Assembly (NCBI GenBank): GCA_964291285.2
Contig: OZ219786.1
Span: 1,216,001 to 1,280,000, forward strand
DNA: 64,000 nt
DNA from: Alphaproteobacteria bacterium
GTDB lineage: Bacteria; Pseudomonadota; Alphaproteobacteria; Bin95
Direction: 5' to 3'
Shown in pieces: positions 51,076 to 62,610 of this stretch. The notes below the pieces were generated by a model. It saw only the letters and a program-made list of their open reading frames with translations, was not told the DNA's origin and did no database searches. The translations under genes and the position numbers were made by a program. Positions within the stretch are counted from its first letter, which is position 1, and each line of letters begins with the position of its first letter.

Positions 51076-52080
51076 ATGCGACAGCGACAGCAGCAGCCAG
51101 CGCGGCCCGGGACCGGAGCGCCGGTTTATGCGGCGCTCGACCTCGGTACCAACAACTGCCGGCTGCTGGTCGTGCGCCCGTCGGAGCGCGGATTCGACGT
51201 GGTGGACAGCTTTTCGCGCATCGTCCGGCTCGGCGAGGGCCTGCAGATCACCGGACGCCTCTCCGAAAAGGCCATCGAGCGGACTATCCGGGCCCTTCAC
51301 ATCTGCGCCGGCAAGATCAGGCGGCGGCGGGTCACGCGGCTGCGCTCGGTGGCGACCGACGCCTGCCGCCGCGCCGCCAACTGCGCCGGTTTCGTGGAGC
51401 GGGTGAAGCGCGAGACGGGCGTCCGGCTGGAAATCATCGGCGCGCGCGAGGAGGCGGCGCTCGCGGCGGCCGGATGCGCGCCCCTACTCAACCCCGGCCG
51501 CGGGCGCGCGCTGGTGTTCGATATCGGCGGGGGCAGCACCGAGCTCATGTGGCTCGCGGTGACGGGAGGGGGCCGCGCCCGCCTGCTTGATTCGACGTCC
51601 CTTCCCTGGGGCGTTGCCCGCATGGCAGAGACCTTCGGCTCGGACCGGATTTCGGACCGCACCTACAAGGCCATGACGGAGGCGGTGGCGCCCTGGCTGC
51701 GCCGCTTCGACGAGGCGAACGATATCTCCGCTGCGGTGGCGGCGGAGGAGGTGCAGATGCTCGGCACCTCCGGTCCGGTGACGATCGTTGCGGGGCTGCA
51801 TCTCGGCCTTGCGCGCTATCGCCGCGACCTCGTGGACGGATGTACGCTTGCCTTCGACGATCTCGACACGGTCTCCGGCACGCTGCGCCGGCTGGACCGG
51901 GAGGCGAGGGCGCGGCTGCCTTGCATCGGGCGCGAGCGCGCCGACATGGCGGTCGGCGGCTGCGCCATCCTGGAGGCGATCTGCCGGATGTGGCCCGTGG
52001 GCTCGATCCGGGTCGCCGACCGGGGGGTACGCGAGGGCATCCTGTTCCGCATGATCGCGAATGACGGCGGGGCGGCGTGA
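51076..52080 (+). CDS. Ppx/GppA family phosphatase
   Basis: AALDLGTNNCRLL, DIGGGSTE, RGVREG. Confidence 0.92.
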   Translation: MRQRQQQPARPGTGAPVYAALDLGTNNCRLLVVRPSERGFDVVDSFSRIVRLGEGLQITGRLSEKAIERTIRALHICAGKIRRRRVTRLRSVATDACRRAANCAGFVERVKRETGVRLEIIGAREEAALAAAGCAPLLNPGRGRALVFDIGGGSTELMWLAVTGGGRARLLDSTSLPWGVARMAETFGSDRISDRTYKAMTEAVAPWLRRFDEANDISAAVAAEEVQMLGTSGPVTIVAGLHLGLARYRRDLVDGCTLAFDDLDTVSGTLRRLDREARARLPCIGRERADMAVGGCAILEAICRMWPVGSIRVADRGVREGILFRMIANDGGAA

Positions 52081-52781
52081 GCCGGCCTCCCCGCACACGG
52101 CCGGGACGGCAGGCGGGACTGAAGGCCCGGCTCCGCACGGCGAAAGGACGCAAGACGGCTTCCACCCGCTGGCTACAGCGCCAGCTCAGCGACGCTTATG
52201 TGGCGGAAGCGAAACGGCTGGGCCTGCGGTCCCGCGCCGCCTTCAAGCTGATGCAGCTCGATGACCGTTTCCGCCTGTTGAAACGAGGGAGCACGGTGCT
52301 CGACCTCGGCGCGGCCCCCGGCGGCTGGACCCAGGTGGCGGTGGCCCGGGGCGCCGGGGCGGTGGTCGCGGTGGACCTCCAGACGATGGAGCCGGTTCCG
52401 GGCGCTTGCTGCCTGCTGCTCGATCTGGAGGACAGCGACGCCCCCGCGCGACTCGGCGCCGGCCTGCCGGACGGCGCCGATGTCGTGCTGAGCGATATGG
52501 CGCCGCGCACCACCGGACATGCGGCGACCGACCGGCTGCGCATCGTCGCGCTTGCGGAGCTGGCATACGATTCTGCACGCGCGTTGCTGCGGCCGGGCGG
52601 CGCCCTGGTTGTCAAGGTTTTTCAAGGGGGTGCGCACGAGGACCTGCTGAAAGCGCTGAAGCGGGACTTCGCCTTTGTGCGCCATGCGAAGCCGGATGCG
52701 AGCCGCAAGGAGTCCTCCGAGCTCTACCTCGTGGCGACGGGTTTTCGCGCGTTCGACACTGCGGCTTCACATTCCGGCTGA
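52077..52781 (+). CDS. rlmE: 23S rRNA Um2552 methyltransferase
   Basis: RSRAAFKL, DLGAAPGGW, VLSDMAP, SRKESSELY. Confidence 0.95.
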   Translation: MSRPPRTRPGRQAGLKARLRTAKGRKTASTRWLQRQLSDAYVAEAKRLGLRSRAAFKLMQLDDRFRLLKRGSTVLDLGAAPGGWTQVAVARGAGAVVAVDLQTMEPVPGACCLLLDLEDSDAPARLGAGLPDGADVVLSDMAPRTTGHAATDRLRIVALAELAYDSARALLRPGGALVVKVFQGGAHEDLLKALKRDFAFVRHAKPDASRKESSELYLVATGFRAFDTAASHSG

Positions 52782-52812
52782 GGCGGGTATAAGAAGGCGT
52801 CAACCCCGATGA

Positions 52813-54803
<1,991 letters not shown>

Positions 54804-55010
54804 TTCTGAAAAGTTGAAATAATTCCCGAAAATAGATTGATATGATAGATGATGTAATAGAATGAAGCGGGAGGAAGGAAACGGCATTCGCGGCGCGGCG
54901 AAGCCGCCTGTCGCTGTCCGGCCGCGCGCGAACCGCTGCTTGACTTGGACTGCCCGGTCGGAAACCATGGAAGCGGCAGGCCTTTGTGGCGGAGTCCGGC
55001 TGAAAGCGGG

Positions 55011-56081
55011 ATGTCGAAGCTGAAAACGGCAACTGGCGAAACCGCCCTTGAACGCGACCTTGCTTACCAGGCGGAAATCCTGCAGGGCGTTTCCCGCACC
55101 TTTGCGCTGACCATTCCCCAACTGCCCCCTCCGCTCCGGGACGCGGTCGGCAATGCCTATCTGCTCTGCCGGATCGCCGATACCATTGAGGACGAAGCTG
55201 CCCTCTCTGCGGGTCAAAAGCGCGAATTCTCCGAACGCTGGGTCGGCGTTGTCGAAGGCAGCGAGACTGCCGGGGCCTTTGCGCAGGACCTCGGCGCCCT
55301 GCTGACCCGTTCCACGACCGAGGCGGAACGCGAGCTCATCGCCAATGTCGACCGCGTCATGCGGATCACGGACAGCTTCTCCGCCCCGCAACGGCAGGCA
55401 ATGTTGCGCTGTGTGAAGATCATGACGCACGGCATGGTGGAATTTCAGGAAGGCGCCAGCCTCGAAGGGCTCAATGACCTCCAGCAGCTCGACCGCTACT
55501 GCTACCATGTCGCCGGCGTCGTCGGAGAAATGTTGACGGAGCTCTTCTGTGACTATTCAGAGGAAATCGACGCGCGGCGCGAGGAGCTCTTCGCCCTGTC
55601 GGCCTCCTACGGACAGGGCCTCCAGATGACCAACATCCTGAAGGACATATGGGAGGACCGGAGCCGCGGGGCGTGCTGGCTGCCGCGCAGCGTCTTTCTT
55701 TCGGCCGGCTTCGACCTCCGCTCGCTTGCGCCGGGCCAGGCCGATCCGGGGTTCGTCGAAGGGCTCAACAGGCTCATCGCGATCGCCGGCCAGCATCTTG
55801 CCAATGCGCTCCGCTACATCCTGCTCATACCGGCGCACGAGACGGGCATCCGCCGCTTCTGCCTCTGGGCGCTCGGCATGGCGGTGCTCACCCTGCGCCG
55901 CACCTACACGACACCGGCATTCGGGAGCGGCCAGGAGGTCAAGATATCGCGGCGCGCCGTGAAGGCGGTGGTCGTGACCACCAGCGCGCTGGCGCGCTCC
56001 GATGCGGCCCTGAAGATTCTCTTTGTCGGTCTCGGGCGCGGTCTTCCCCGCGTCCGGGAGGCGGGCGGCACGGCCGCATGA
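55011..56081 (+). CDS. Squalene/phytoene synthase family protein (FDFT1-like)
   Basis: [37 protein letters not shown]. Confidence 0.88.
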   Translation: MSKLKTATGETALERDLAYQAEILQGVSRTFALTIPQLPPPLRDAVGNAYLLCRIADTIEDEAALSAGQKREFSERWVGVVEGSETAGAFAQDLGALLTRSTTEAERELIANVDRVMRITDSFSAPQRQAMLRCVKIMTHGMVEFQEGASLEGLNDLQQLDRYCYHVAGVVGEMLTELFCDYSEEIDARREELFALSASYGQGLQMTNILKDIWEDRSRGACWLPRSVFLSAGFDLRSLAPGQADPGFVEGLNRLIAIAGQHLANALRYILLIPAHETGIRRFCLWALGMAVLTLRRTYTTPAFGSGQEVKISRRAVKAVVVTTSALARSDAALKILFVGLGRGLPRVREAGGTAA

Positions 56082-57346
56082 TCCGGCGCTGCGGGGTCTT
56101 GCGGAGCGCCGCCGCCGCGCTGGCGCTTTCGGTTCCGGGCGCAGCGGCGCAAGCGGCGGATATCGAAGTTGAGCTGTCCGGCAGGTTCAGCATCGAGAGC
56201 CGCCTGTATCCCGACAGCGCGCTCCATTCCGGCCAGTGCTCCCATGCGGGCGGCTTCACCGCGAAGCCGGAACTCTATGCCGAGGACGAGGAGGGCCGCA
56301 GCCTCACGATCTCGCCCTTCTTCCGCTACGACAGCGCCGACCCGCGCCGCACCCATGCCGACCTCCGCGAAGCCTTCCTGCTGCTCTACGGCGAGGCCGG
56401 CGACGGCGAGTGGGAACTGCGCCTCGGCGTGGACCGGGTCGCCTGGGGCGTGGCGGAGGTGCGCAACATCGTCGATATCGTCAACCAGACGGACCTGGTC
56501 GAGCATCCCGACGAGAAGACCAAGCTCGGCCAGCCCATGGCGCACGGCACATGGTCCGCGGACTGGGGCGCGCTGGAATTGTTCCTCCTGCCCTGGCACC
56601 GCGAGCGCACCTATCCGGGCCGCGCGGGCCGGCTGCGCAGCGGCCTCGTCGTGGACCACGACAAGGCGACATACGACAGCGCCGCCGGGGAACGGCACAT
56701 GGACTGGGCGGTCCGCTACAGCGGAAGTTTCGGCCTCGTCGATCTCGGCCTCAGCTGGTTCGACGGCCAGAGCCGGGAACCGTCCCTGCGGCCCGCGGAA
56801 TTCCTGACGATTCCCGGGGTGAGACCGGTTCCGACGGCCCTGCATCCGCACTACGAGAAAATCCGCCAATTCGGGCTGGACGCGCAGCTCACCACCGGCC
56901 CCTGGTTGCTCAAGCTGGAGGCCATCCGCCGCCTCGGCGCGAGCAACCGACTGGTCGAGGAAGACGATTACGGCGCGTGGATACTCGGCGGCGAATACAG
57001 CCTGTATTCCGTCTTCGACACGGAGGCGGAAATCACCCTGCTGTCGGAATGGCACTGGGACGGGCGGGGGCCGGAGCGCGCGACCAACGCCTTCGAGAAC
57101 GACCTGTTCCTCGCCGTCCGCCTTGCGCTCAACGACGTCGAGGGCACCGAGTTCACGCTCAGCGTGGCGGAGGACCCGGACCATGCGGGCCGCGTGTTCG
57201 GCTTCGAGGCGAAGCGGCGGCTGGACGACAACTGGCTGCTGGAGCTCGAGGGCACGGCGTTCCACGGCGTCGACTGGCGCGGCGACGCCCTCTACGGCGT
57301 GCGCCGCGACAGCTTCATCGCCCTCAGCCTCGTCTACAACCTGTAG
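56078..57346 (+). CDS. Putative outer-membrane beta-barrel protein
   Basis: Signal peptide; [26 protein letters not shown]; amphipathic strands ending LVYNL. Confidence 0.7.
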   Translation: MIRRCGVLRSAAAALALSVPGAAAQAADIEVELSGRFSIESRLYPDSALHSGQCSHAGGFTAKPELYAEDEEGRSLTISPFFRYDSADPRRTHADLREAFLLLYGEAGDGEWELRLGVDRVAWGVAEVRNIVDIVNQTDLVEHPDEKTKLGQPMAHGTWSADWGALELFLLPWHRERTYPGRAGRLRSGLVVDHDKATYDSAAGERHMDWAVRYSGSFGLVDLGLSWFDGQSREPSLRPAEFLTIPGVRPVPTALHPHYEKIRQFGLDAQLTTGPWLLKLEAIRRLGASNRLVEEDDYGAWILGGEYSLYSVFDTEAEITLLSEWHWDGRGPERATNAFENDLFLAVRLALNDVEGTEFTLSVAEDPDHAGRVFGFEAKRRLDDNWLLELEGTAFHGVDWRGDALYGVRRDSFIALSLVYNL

Positions 57347-58134
57347 CCGCCGGCAAGGCGCGCGGCGAAGTCTGTCATGGCGGGCATGACGGCGTCCCCG
57401 GCCTCGCGCCAGGGGGCATGGCCGCAGCCGGGCAGCAGCACGATGTCCGCCGGGCCGGACACCTGCGCGGCGATGCGGTCGGTCTGGGCGCGCGTGCCGT
57501 AGGGGTCGGCCTCGCCCTGGAAGGCCAGCAGCGGCGCCGTTACCGCCGGCAGGTAGTTTTCGATGTTCCAGTCGCGGAAGCGCGGGTCGAGCCATGCCAG
57601 GTTCCAGGCGTCGAAGGTCCCGGCGGCGTCCCGGTGCCAGCGGGCAAGCCGCCTGTCGAGGCCGCCCGTGTCGAAGGCGCGCCGGGCCTCCCCGATGGCG
57701 CGGATCGAGCAGTCCTCGACGAACACGTGCGGGGCCATGACGACCAGCCCGGCCACGGCGTCCGGGAAGGCGCCGGCATGGATGAGCGCGATGGAGCCGC
57801 CGTCGCTGTGGCCGACGAGCACCGGCCGCTCGATGCCGAGGGCGGCGAGGACCGCCGGCAGGCGCCGTTCGGCCTCGACATGCATGTAATCGAGCGGGAA
57901 CGCCCCGCCGGCCGGCAGCGACGACCCGCCATAGCCGGGCCGGGAATAGACCAGCGCGCCCGCGCCCGTTTCCGCCGCCGCCCGGTCGGGAAAATCGCGC
58001 CAGAGGGCCGCGCAGCCGAGCCCTTCATGCAGGAACACCAGCACCGGCAGGGCCGGGTCGCCCTCGATCCGGCGGTATTCGATCTCGCCACCGTCGAGGG
58101 CGAGCCGGCCGTCGAGGACCGGCGGACCGCTCAT
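57334..58134 (-). CDS. Alpha/beta hydrolase associated with the box cluster
   Basis: FLHEGLG, YSRPGYG, GHSDGGSIA, GHAP. Confidence 0.85.
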   Translation of the reverse strand: MSGPPVLDGRLALDGGEIEYRRIEGDPALPVLVFLHEGLGCAALWRDFPDRAAAETGAGALVYSRPGYGGSSLPAGGAFPLDYMHVEAERRLPAVLAALGIERPVLVGHSDGGSIALIHAGAFPDAVAGLVVMAPHVFVEDCSIRAIGEARRAFDTGGLDRRLARWHRDAAGTFDAWNLAWLDPRFRDWNIENYLPAVTAPLLAFQGEADPYGTRAQTDRIAAQVSGPADIVLLPGCGHAPWREAGDAVMPAMTDFAARLAGGYRL

Positions 58135-59624
58135 GCCCTGAGCTTGTACCGCTGGATCTTGCCCGTCGCCGTCTTGGGCAGCTCGTCCACGAACTCGACC
58201 CAGCGCGGATATTTGTAGGCGGCAAGCCGGGCGCGCACGAAGTCCTGGAGCTCGGCCGCGCCGGCCTCCCTGCCCTCCTGCAGCACCACGAAGGCCTTGG
58301 GCTTGACGAGGCCGTCCGGGTCCTCCGCGCCGACCACCGCCGCCTCCAGCACCGCCTCATGCTTCAGCAGCGCGCCCTCCACCTCGAAGGGCGAGACATA
58401 GATGCCGCCGACCTTGAGCATGTCGTCGGCGCGCCCGGCGAAAGCGTAAACGCCGTTTTCGTCGCGGGTGTATTTGTCGCCGGTGCGCGTCCAGGCGCCC
58501 CGAAAGGTCTCGACCGAACGCTCGCGCCGGTTCCAGTAGAACACCGCGCTGGTCGGCCCCTTCACCTCCAGTGCGCCGAGCGCACCCGCGTCCTCGATCA
58601 CCCGGTCGTCGTCATCGACAAGGCGGACCTCGTAGCCCTCGACCGGGCGCCCGGACGCTCCCGGCGCGATGTCGCCGACGCGGTTGGTGATGAAGATATG
58701 CAGCATCTCGGTCGAGCCGAGGCCGTCCAGAATGTCCACGCCGACGGCCTCCTGCCAGCGGCGCAGGATTTCGGGCGGCAGCGCCTCGCCGGCGGAGACG
58801 GCAAGCCGCAATTCGTGCTCGCCCGGCCCCGGCGCCTCGCCGCTCGCAAGCAGCATGGCGAACAGGGTCGGCACGCCGAAGAAGATCGTGGGCCCCGCCT
58901 CGCGCAGCAGGCGGCAGATCGGCCCCGGCTCCGGAGGCCCTTCGAGCAGCACGGCGGTCGCGCCCGCCGCCATCGGGAAGGTCAGGCCGTTGCCGAGCCC
59001 GTAGGCGAAGAACAGCTTGGCGGCGGAGAACAGCACGTCGCCTTCGCTCACGCCCAGCGTCGGCCCGGCATAGAGTTCGGCCGTGCGCGCCATGTCGCCG
59101 TGGAGGTGCACCGCGCCTTTCGGCTGGCCCGTCGTGCCCGAGGTGTAGAGCCAGAAGCACATCTCGTCCTCGACGGTTTCGGCGGCTGAGAACACCGGGC
59201 TCTCGGGCGCAATCAGCGCTGCCAGCCCGCCGCCGTCCGGGATCACGCGGTCATGCAGGCCCTCGAAGACCGGGGCGAGGTTCGCCGAGACGAACGCCGC
59301 CTGCGCGCGCGCGTCGTGCAGCATGAAGGCGTAGTCGTCGCGGGTGAGCCGCGTGTTGACCGGAACCGGCACGACGCCCGCCTTGATGGCGCCGAGGAAA
59401 CAGGTGTGGAAGTCTACGGTGTCGTTGAGGCAGAGGAGGATGCGCTCCTCGCGCCGGATGCCGAGCCTGCCGAGCGCATGGGCGAACCGGCTCGTCGCCG
59501 CGTCGATGTCGGCGTAGCTGTGCGCGCCGCGGCTGTCGATCACGGCCGTCTTCGCGCCGCGCCCGGCCGCAAGGTTGCGCCCGATCAGGTCCGCCGCCGC
59601 GTTGTAACCGGCCATGTCGCTCAT
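58131..59624 (-). CDS. Benzoate-CoA ligase family protein
   Basis: WLYTSGTTGQPKG, AKLFFAYGLGN, DGLGSTEMLHIF, ATGKIQRYKLR. Confidence 0.92.
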   Translation of the reverse strand: MSDMAGYNAAADLIGRNLAAGRGAKTAVIDSRGAHSYADIDAATSRFAHALGRLGIRREERILLCLNDTVDFHTCFLGAIKAGVVPVPVNTRLTRDDYAFMLHDARAQAAFVSANLAPVFEGLHDRVIPDGGGLAALIAPESPVFSAAETVEDEMCFWLYTSGTTGQPKGAVHLHGDMARTAELYAGPTLGVSEGDVLFSAAKLFFAYGLGNGLTFPMAAGATAVLLEGPPEPGPICRLLREAGPTIFFGVPTLFAMLLASGEAPGPGEHELRLAVSAGEALPPEILRRWQEAVGVDILDGLGSTEMLHIFITNRVGDIAPGASGRPVEGYEVRLVDDDDRVIEDAGALGALEVKGPTSAVFYWNRRERSVETFRGAWTRTGDKYTRDENGVYAFAGRADDMLKVGGIYVSPFEVEGALLKHEAVLEAAVVGAEDPDGLVKPKAFVVLQEGREAGAAELQDFVRARLAAYKYPRWVEFVDELPKTATGKIQRYKLRA

Positions 59625-60085
59625 GCCTCCGCCACGGCGCTTTCATACCACGACCGCGCCCAGTCCGCCGCCTCGTCCTCGGGCAGGACGCCGGAGGACG
59701 CATTGTGGCGCATCGGCTCGCCCACGCGCCTTGCGCCGAGTTCGCTCAGGATGCGGTCGAAGGTCATGCCGCCGCCGCAGAAGGTGCGCGCATAGGTCAT
59801 GTCGCCAAGCGCAAAGAGGCCGTAGCGGACATGGGCGAGGTCGGGCCGCTCGCGCTCCAGCGCGTCGGCAAGCGCCTGGCCGTTGTCCGGCACGTCGCCC
59901 TGGCCGTAGGTGGAGCTGACCACGAGGTAGAGGCCGGGCGCGGCGAAGGCGCCCGCGTCGAGATCGTCCATCGGCCGGAGGTCCACCTCCACGCCTTCCT
60001 CCTCCAGCGCGGCCTGGACCTCTTCGGCGACGAGATCGGCCGTGCCGGTCATCGTCGCGACATAGATGGTGACAGTGCTGTTCAT
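59621..60085 (-). CDS. Flavodoxin (MioC-like)
   Basis: ATMTGTA, SSTYGQGDVPDN, LGDMTY..TFCGG. Confidence 0.88.
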   Translation of the reverse strand: MNSTVTIYVATMTGTADLVAEEVQAALEEEGVEVDLRPMDDLDAGAFAAPGLYLVVSSTYGQGDVPDNGQALADALERERPDLAHVRYGLFALGDMTYARTFCGGGMTFDRILSELGARRVGEPMRHNASSGVLPEDEAADWARSWYESAVAEA

Positions 60086-60088
60086 ATG

Positions 60089-60105
60089 ATGCATTATATT
60101 TCCTG
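60089..60105 (-). promoter_or_regulatory. Putative BoxR operator 1
   Basis: CAGGAAATATAATGCAT on the minus strand, just before the flavodoxin start. Confidence 0.6.
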
Positions 60106-60107
60106 TG

Positions 60108-60980
60108 ATGGAAGCCGCCAAGGAAAACCTCGCAGCGCCGCTCGGCGCAAGGCTGCGCACGCTCCGGGCGGCGCGCGGCATGAGCCGGCGCATCCTGGCG
60201 CGGGACAGCGCGGTCTCGGAACGCTATCTCGCGGAGTTGGAGAACGGAAGGGCGAACCCCTCCATCGGCGTGCTGGCGCGCATCGGGCTGGCCATCGGGG
60301 TGGATATTGCCGAGCTGTTCACGTCCTCCTCCCGCGATGCCGCTACCGCCCTGCTGGAGCGGCTGGGACCGGAAGACCGGGCCGCCGCCGGCGCGCTGCT
60401 GGAGCGCCATTTCGGCCGCGCCGCCGACAAGGCGGAACGGATCGCGCTGGTCGGTCTGCGCGGGGCGGGAAAGACCACCCTCGGCCGGCTGCTGGCGGAG
60501 CGCCTCGGCTGGCCCTTCGTCGAACTCACGCGCGAGATCGAGCGGGACTACGGCGCCGACGTCGCGGAAATTCTGGCCCTGGCGGGCCAGCCGGGCCTGC
60601 GGCGGCAGGAGCACCGGGCGCTGGGCCGCCTCGTGGAGGAACGGGAGCGCGCGGTGATCGCCGCGCCCGGCGGCATCGTGGCGGAGGCCGCAAGCCTCGA
60701 TCTGCTGCTCGCCCGGACGCATACCGTCTGGCTGACTGCCGCGCCCGAGGAGCACATGGCGCGCGTCGCCGCCCAGGGCGACCGGCGGCCGATGGCCGAC
60801 AACCCGGAAGCGATGGCCGACCTGCGCGCGATCCTCGCCGCCCGCAGCCCCGACTACGCCCGCGCCGACGCCCGCCTCGACACTTCAGGCCGGCCGCTCG
60901 AAGACTGCCTCGACGATCTGGAGCGCACCGCGCGCCGCATGGTCCGCGAAGGGTTGACCCCGGCCGGACAGGAAATATAG
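60108..60980 (+). CDS. boxR: BoxR/BzdR-type regulator (XRE HTH plus shikimate-kinase-like domain)
   Basis: VSERYLAELENGRANPS, IALVGLRGAGKTTLG, HMARVAAQGDRRPM. Confidence 0.9.
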   Translation: MEAAKENLAAPLGARLRTLRAARGMSRRILARDSAVSERYLAELENGRANPSIGVLARIGLAIGVDIAELFTSSSRDAATALLERLGPEDRAAAGALLERHFGRAADKAERIALVGLRGAGKTTLGRLLAERLGWPFVELTREIERDYGADVAEILALAGQPGLRRQEHRALGRLVEERERAVIAAPGGIVAEAASLDLLLARTHTVWLTAAPEEHMARVAAQGDRRPMADNPEAMADLRAILAARSPDYARADARLDTSGRPLEDCLDDLERTARRMVREGLTPAGQEI

Positions 60981-60985
60981 TGCAT
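60969..60985 (+). promoter_or_regulatory. Putative BoxR operator 2
   Basis: CAGGAAATATAGTGCAT just before the boxC start; 16/17 identical to operator 1. Confidence 0.6.
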
Positions 60986-60987
60986 AT

Positions 60988-62610
60988 ATGATCGACAATG
61001 TGCCCATCGCCTACGACCGCGAGCCGGAGAGCTACCGGCACTGGTCGCTCGCCGTCGAGGGAGCCGTCGCCACGCTCACGCTCAAGGTGGATGAAGACGG
61101 GGGTCTCCGTCCGGGCTACCGGCTCAAGCAGAACTCCTACGATCTCGGCGTCGATATCGAGCTGAACGACGCGCTCAACCGGCTGCGTTTCGAGCATCCG
61201 CAGGTGCGCACGGTCATCGTCACCAGCGGCATGGAGCGCATGTTCTGCGCCGGGGCCAACATCTACATGCTAGGCCAGTCGAGCCATGCGGCGAAGGTGA
61301 ACTTCTGCCGCTTCACCAACGAGACCCGCAACTTCATGGAGGATGCGAGCCGGCACTCCGGCATCGCCTTCATCGCCGCCTGCAACGGCACGGCGGCCGG
61401 CGGCGGCTACGAGCTGGCGCTGGCCTGCGACGAGATCTGGCTGGTGGACGACCGGTCGAGCGCGGTCAGCCTGCCGGAAGTGCCGCTGCTGGGCGTGCTG
61501 CCGGGCACGGGCGGCCTGACGCGCATCACCGACAAGCGCCGCGTGCGCCGCGACCTCGCCGACGTGTTCTGCACCGACCCCGACGGCGCGCGCGGCCGCC
61601 GGGCGCTCGAATGGGGCCTGGTGGACCGCACGGCGCCGCCGCAGCGCTTCGAGGCCGCAGTGAAAGAGCGCGCGGAGGAACTCGCCGGCCGGCCCGGCCT
61701 GCCCGCCGGCGAGCCGGTGCCGCTCACGCCGCTGGACCGGCATGTGGAAGCGGACGGCTACCGCTACCCGAACGTGCGGGTGCGGATCGACGATGCGCGC
61801 CGGCTCGCGGAAATCACGGTCTCCGGTCCCGCCGCGCCGGTTGCGGTCGAACGCGCCGCCGGCTGGTGGCCGCTTGCCGCCGCGCGCGAGCTCGAAGACG
61901 CGGTGCTGATGCTGCGCACCAACCATGAGCAGGTCGGCGCCTGGGTGCTCAGGACCGAGGGCGACCCGGAGGCGCTGCTGGCGGTGGACGCGCTGCTGGC
62001 CGAAGGCGCGGAAACCGACCGGTTCCTCCGCGAGACCGTCGCCTGGTGGCGGCGGGCGCTCGCCCGGCTGGACGTGACCTCGCGCTCGCTGATCGCGCTC
62101 ATCGAGCCCGGCTCCTGCTTCGCCGGCCCGATGCTGGAACTGGCGCTCGCCGCCGACCGCAGCTTCATGTTCCTGCCCCTCGACGAGCCGGAGGCCGCGC
62201 CCCGGATCGCGCTCGGCGCGCTGAACCGGGCCGGCCTCGAAACGGCGAACGGGCGCACCCGCCTCGACTGCCGCTTCTCGGGGGCGGTGCCGGAATTCCA
62301 GGCCACCAGCTTCGGCCCGGAAGAGGCGCTGGCCGCCGGGCTCGTGACCTTCGCACCGGACGAACTCGACTGGGAGGACGAGGTGCGCATCGCGCTGGAG
62401 GAGCGCGCGGCGCTCTCGCCGGACGCGCTCACCGGCATGGAGGCGAGCCTGCGCTTCGGCGGCGCGGAGACGCTCGCCACCAAGATCTTCGGCCGGCTCT
62501 CCGCCTGGCAGAACTGGATATTCAGCCGCCCCAACGCCGTCGGCGAGGACGGGGCGCTCAAGCGTTTCGGCACCGGCACGAGGCCGGGCTTCGACTGGAG
62601 GCGTGTGTGA
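60988..62610 (+). CDS. boxC: 2,3-epoxybenzoyl-CoA dihydrolase
   Basis: NSYDLGVDIEL, KVNFCRFTNETRN, SLPEVPLLGVLPGTGG, GRLSAWQNWIF. Confidence 0.95.
   Translation: MIDNVPIAYDREPESYRHWSLAVEGAVATLTLKVDEDGGLRPGYRLKQNSYDLGVDIELNDALNRLRFEHPQVRTVIVTSGMERMFCAGANIYMLGQSSHAAKVNFCRFTNETRNFMEDASRHSGIAFIAACNGTAAGGGYELALACDEIWLVDDRSSAVSLPEVPLLGVLPGTGGLTRITDKRRVRRDLADVFCTDPDGARGRRALEWGLVDRTAPPQRFEAAVKERAEELAGRPGLPAGEPVPLTPLDRHVEADGYRYPNVRVRIDDARRLAEITVSGPAAPVAVERAAGWWPLAAARELEDAVLMLRTNHEQVGAWVLRTEGDPEALLAVDALLAEGAETDRFLRETVAWWRRALARLDVTSRSLIALIEPGSCFAGPMLELALAADRSFMFLPLDEPEAAPRIALGALNRAGLETANGRTRLDCRFSGAVPEFQATSFGPEEALAAGLVTFAPDELDWEDEVRIALEERAALSPDALTGMEASLRFGGAETLATKIFGRLSAWQNWIFSRPNAVGEDGALKRFGTGTRPGFDWRRV

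Noticed and set aside
54804-54940. AT-rich tract with GAAATAATTC and GCGCGCGAACCGC as a third cassette copy
   Set aside because: Only short matches; the CAATCAGG core and the CATGACA tail are absent.
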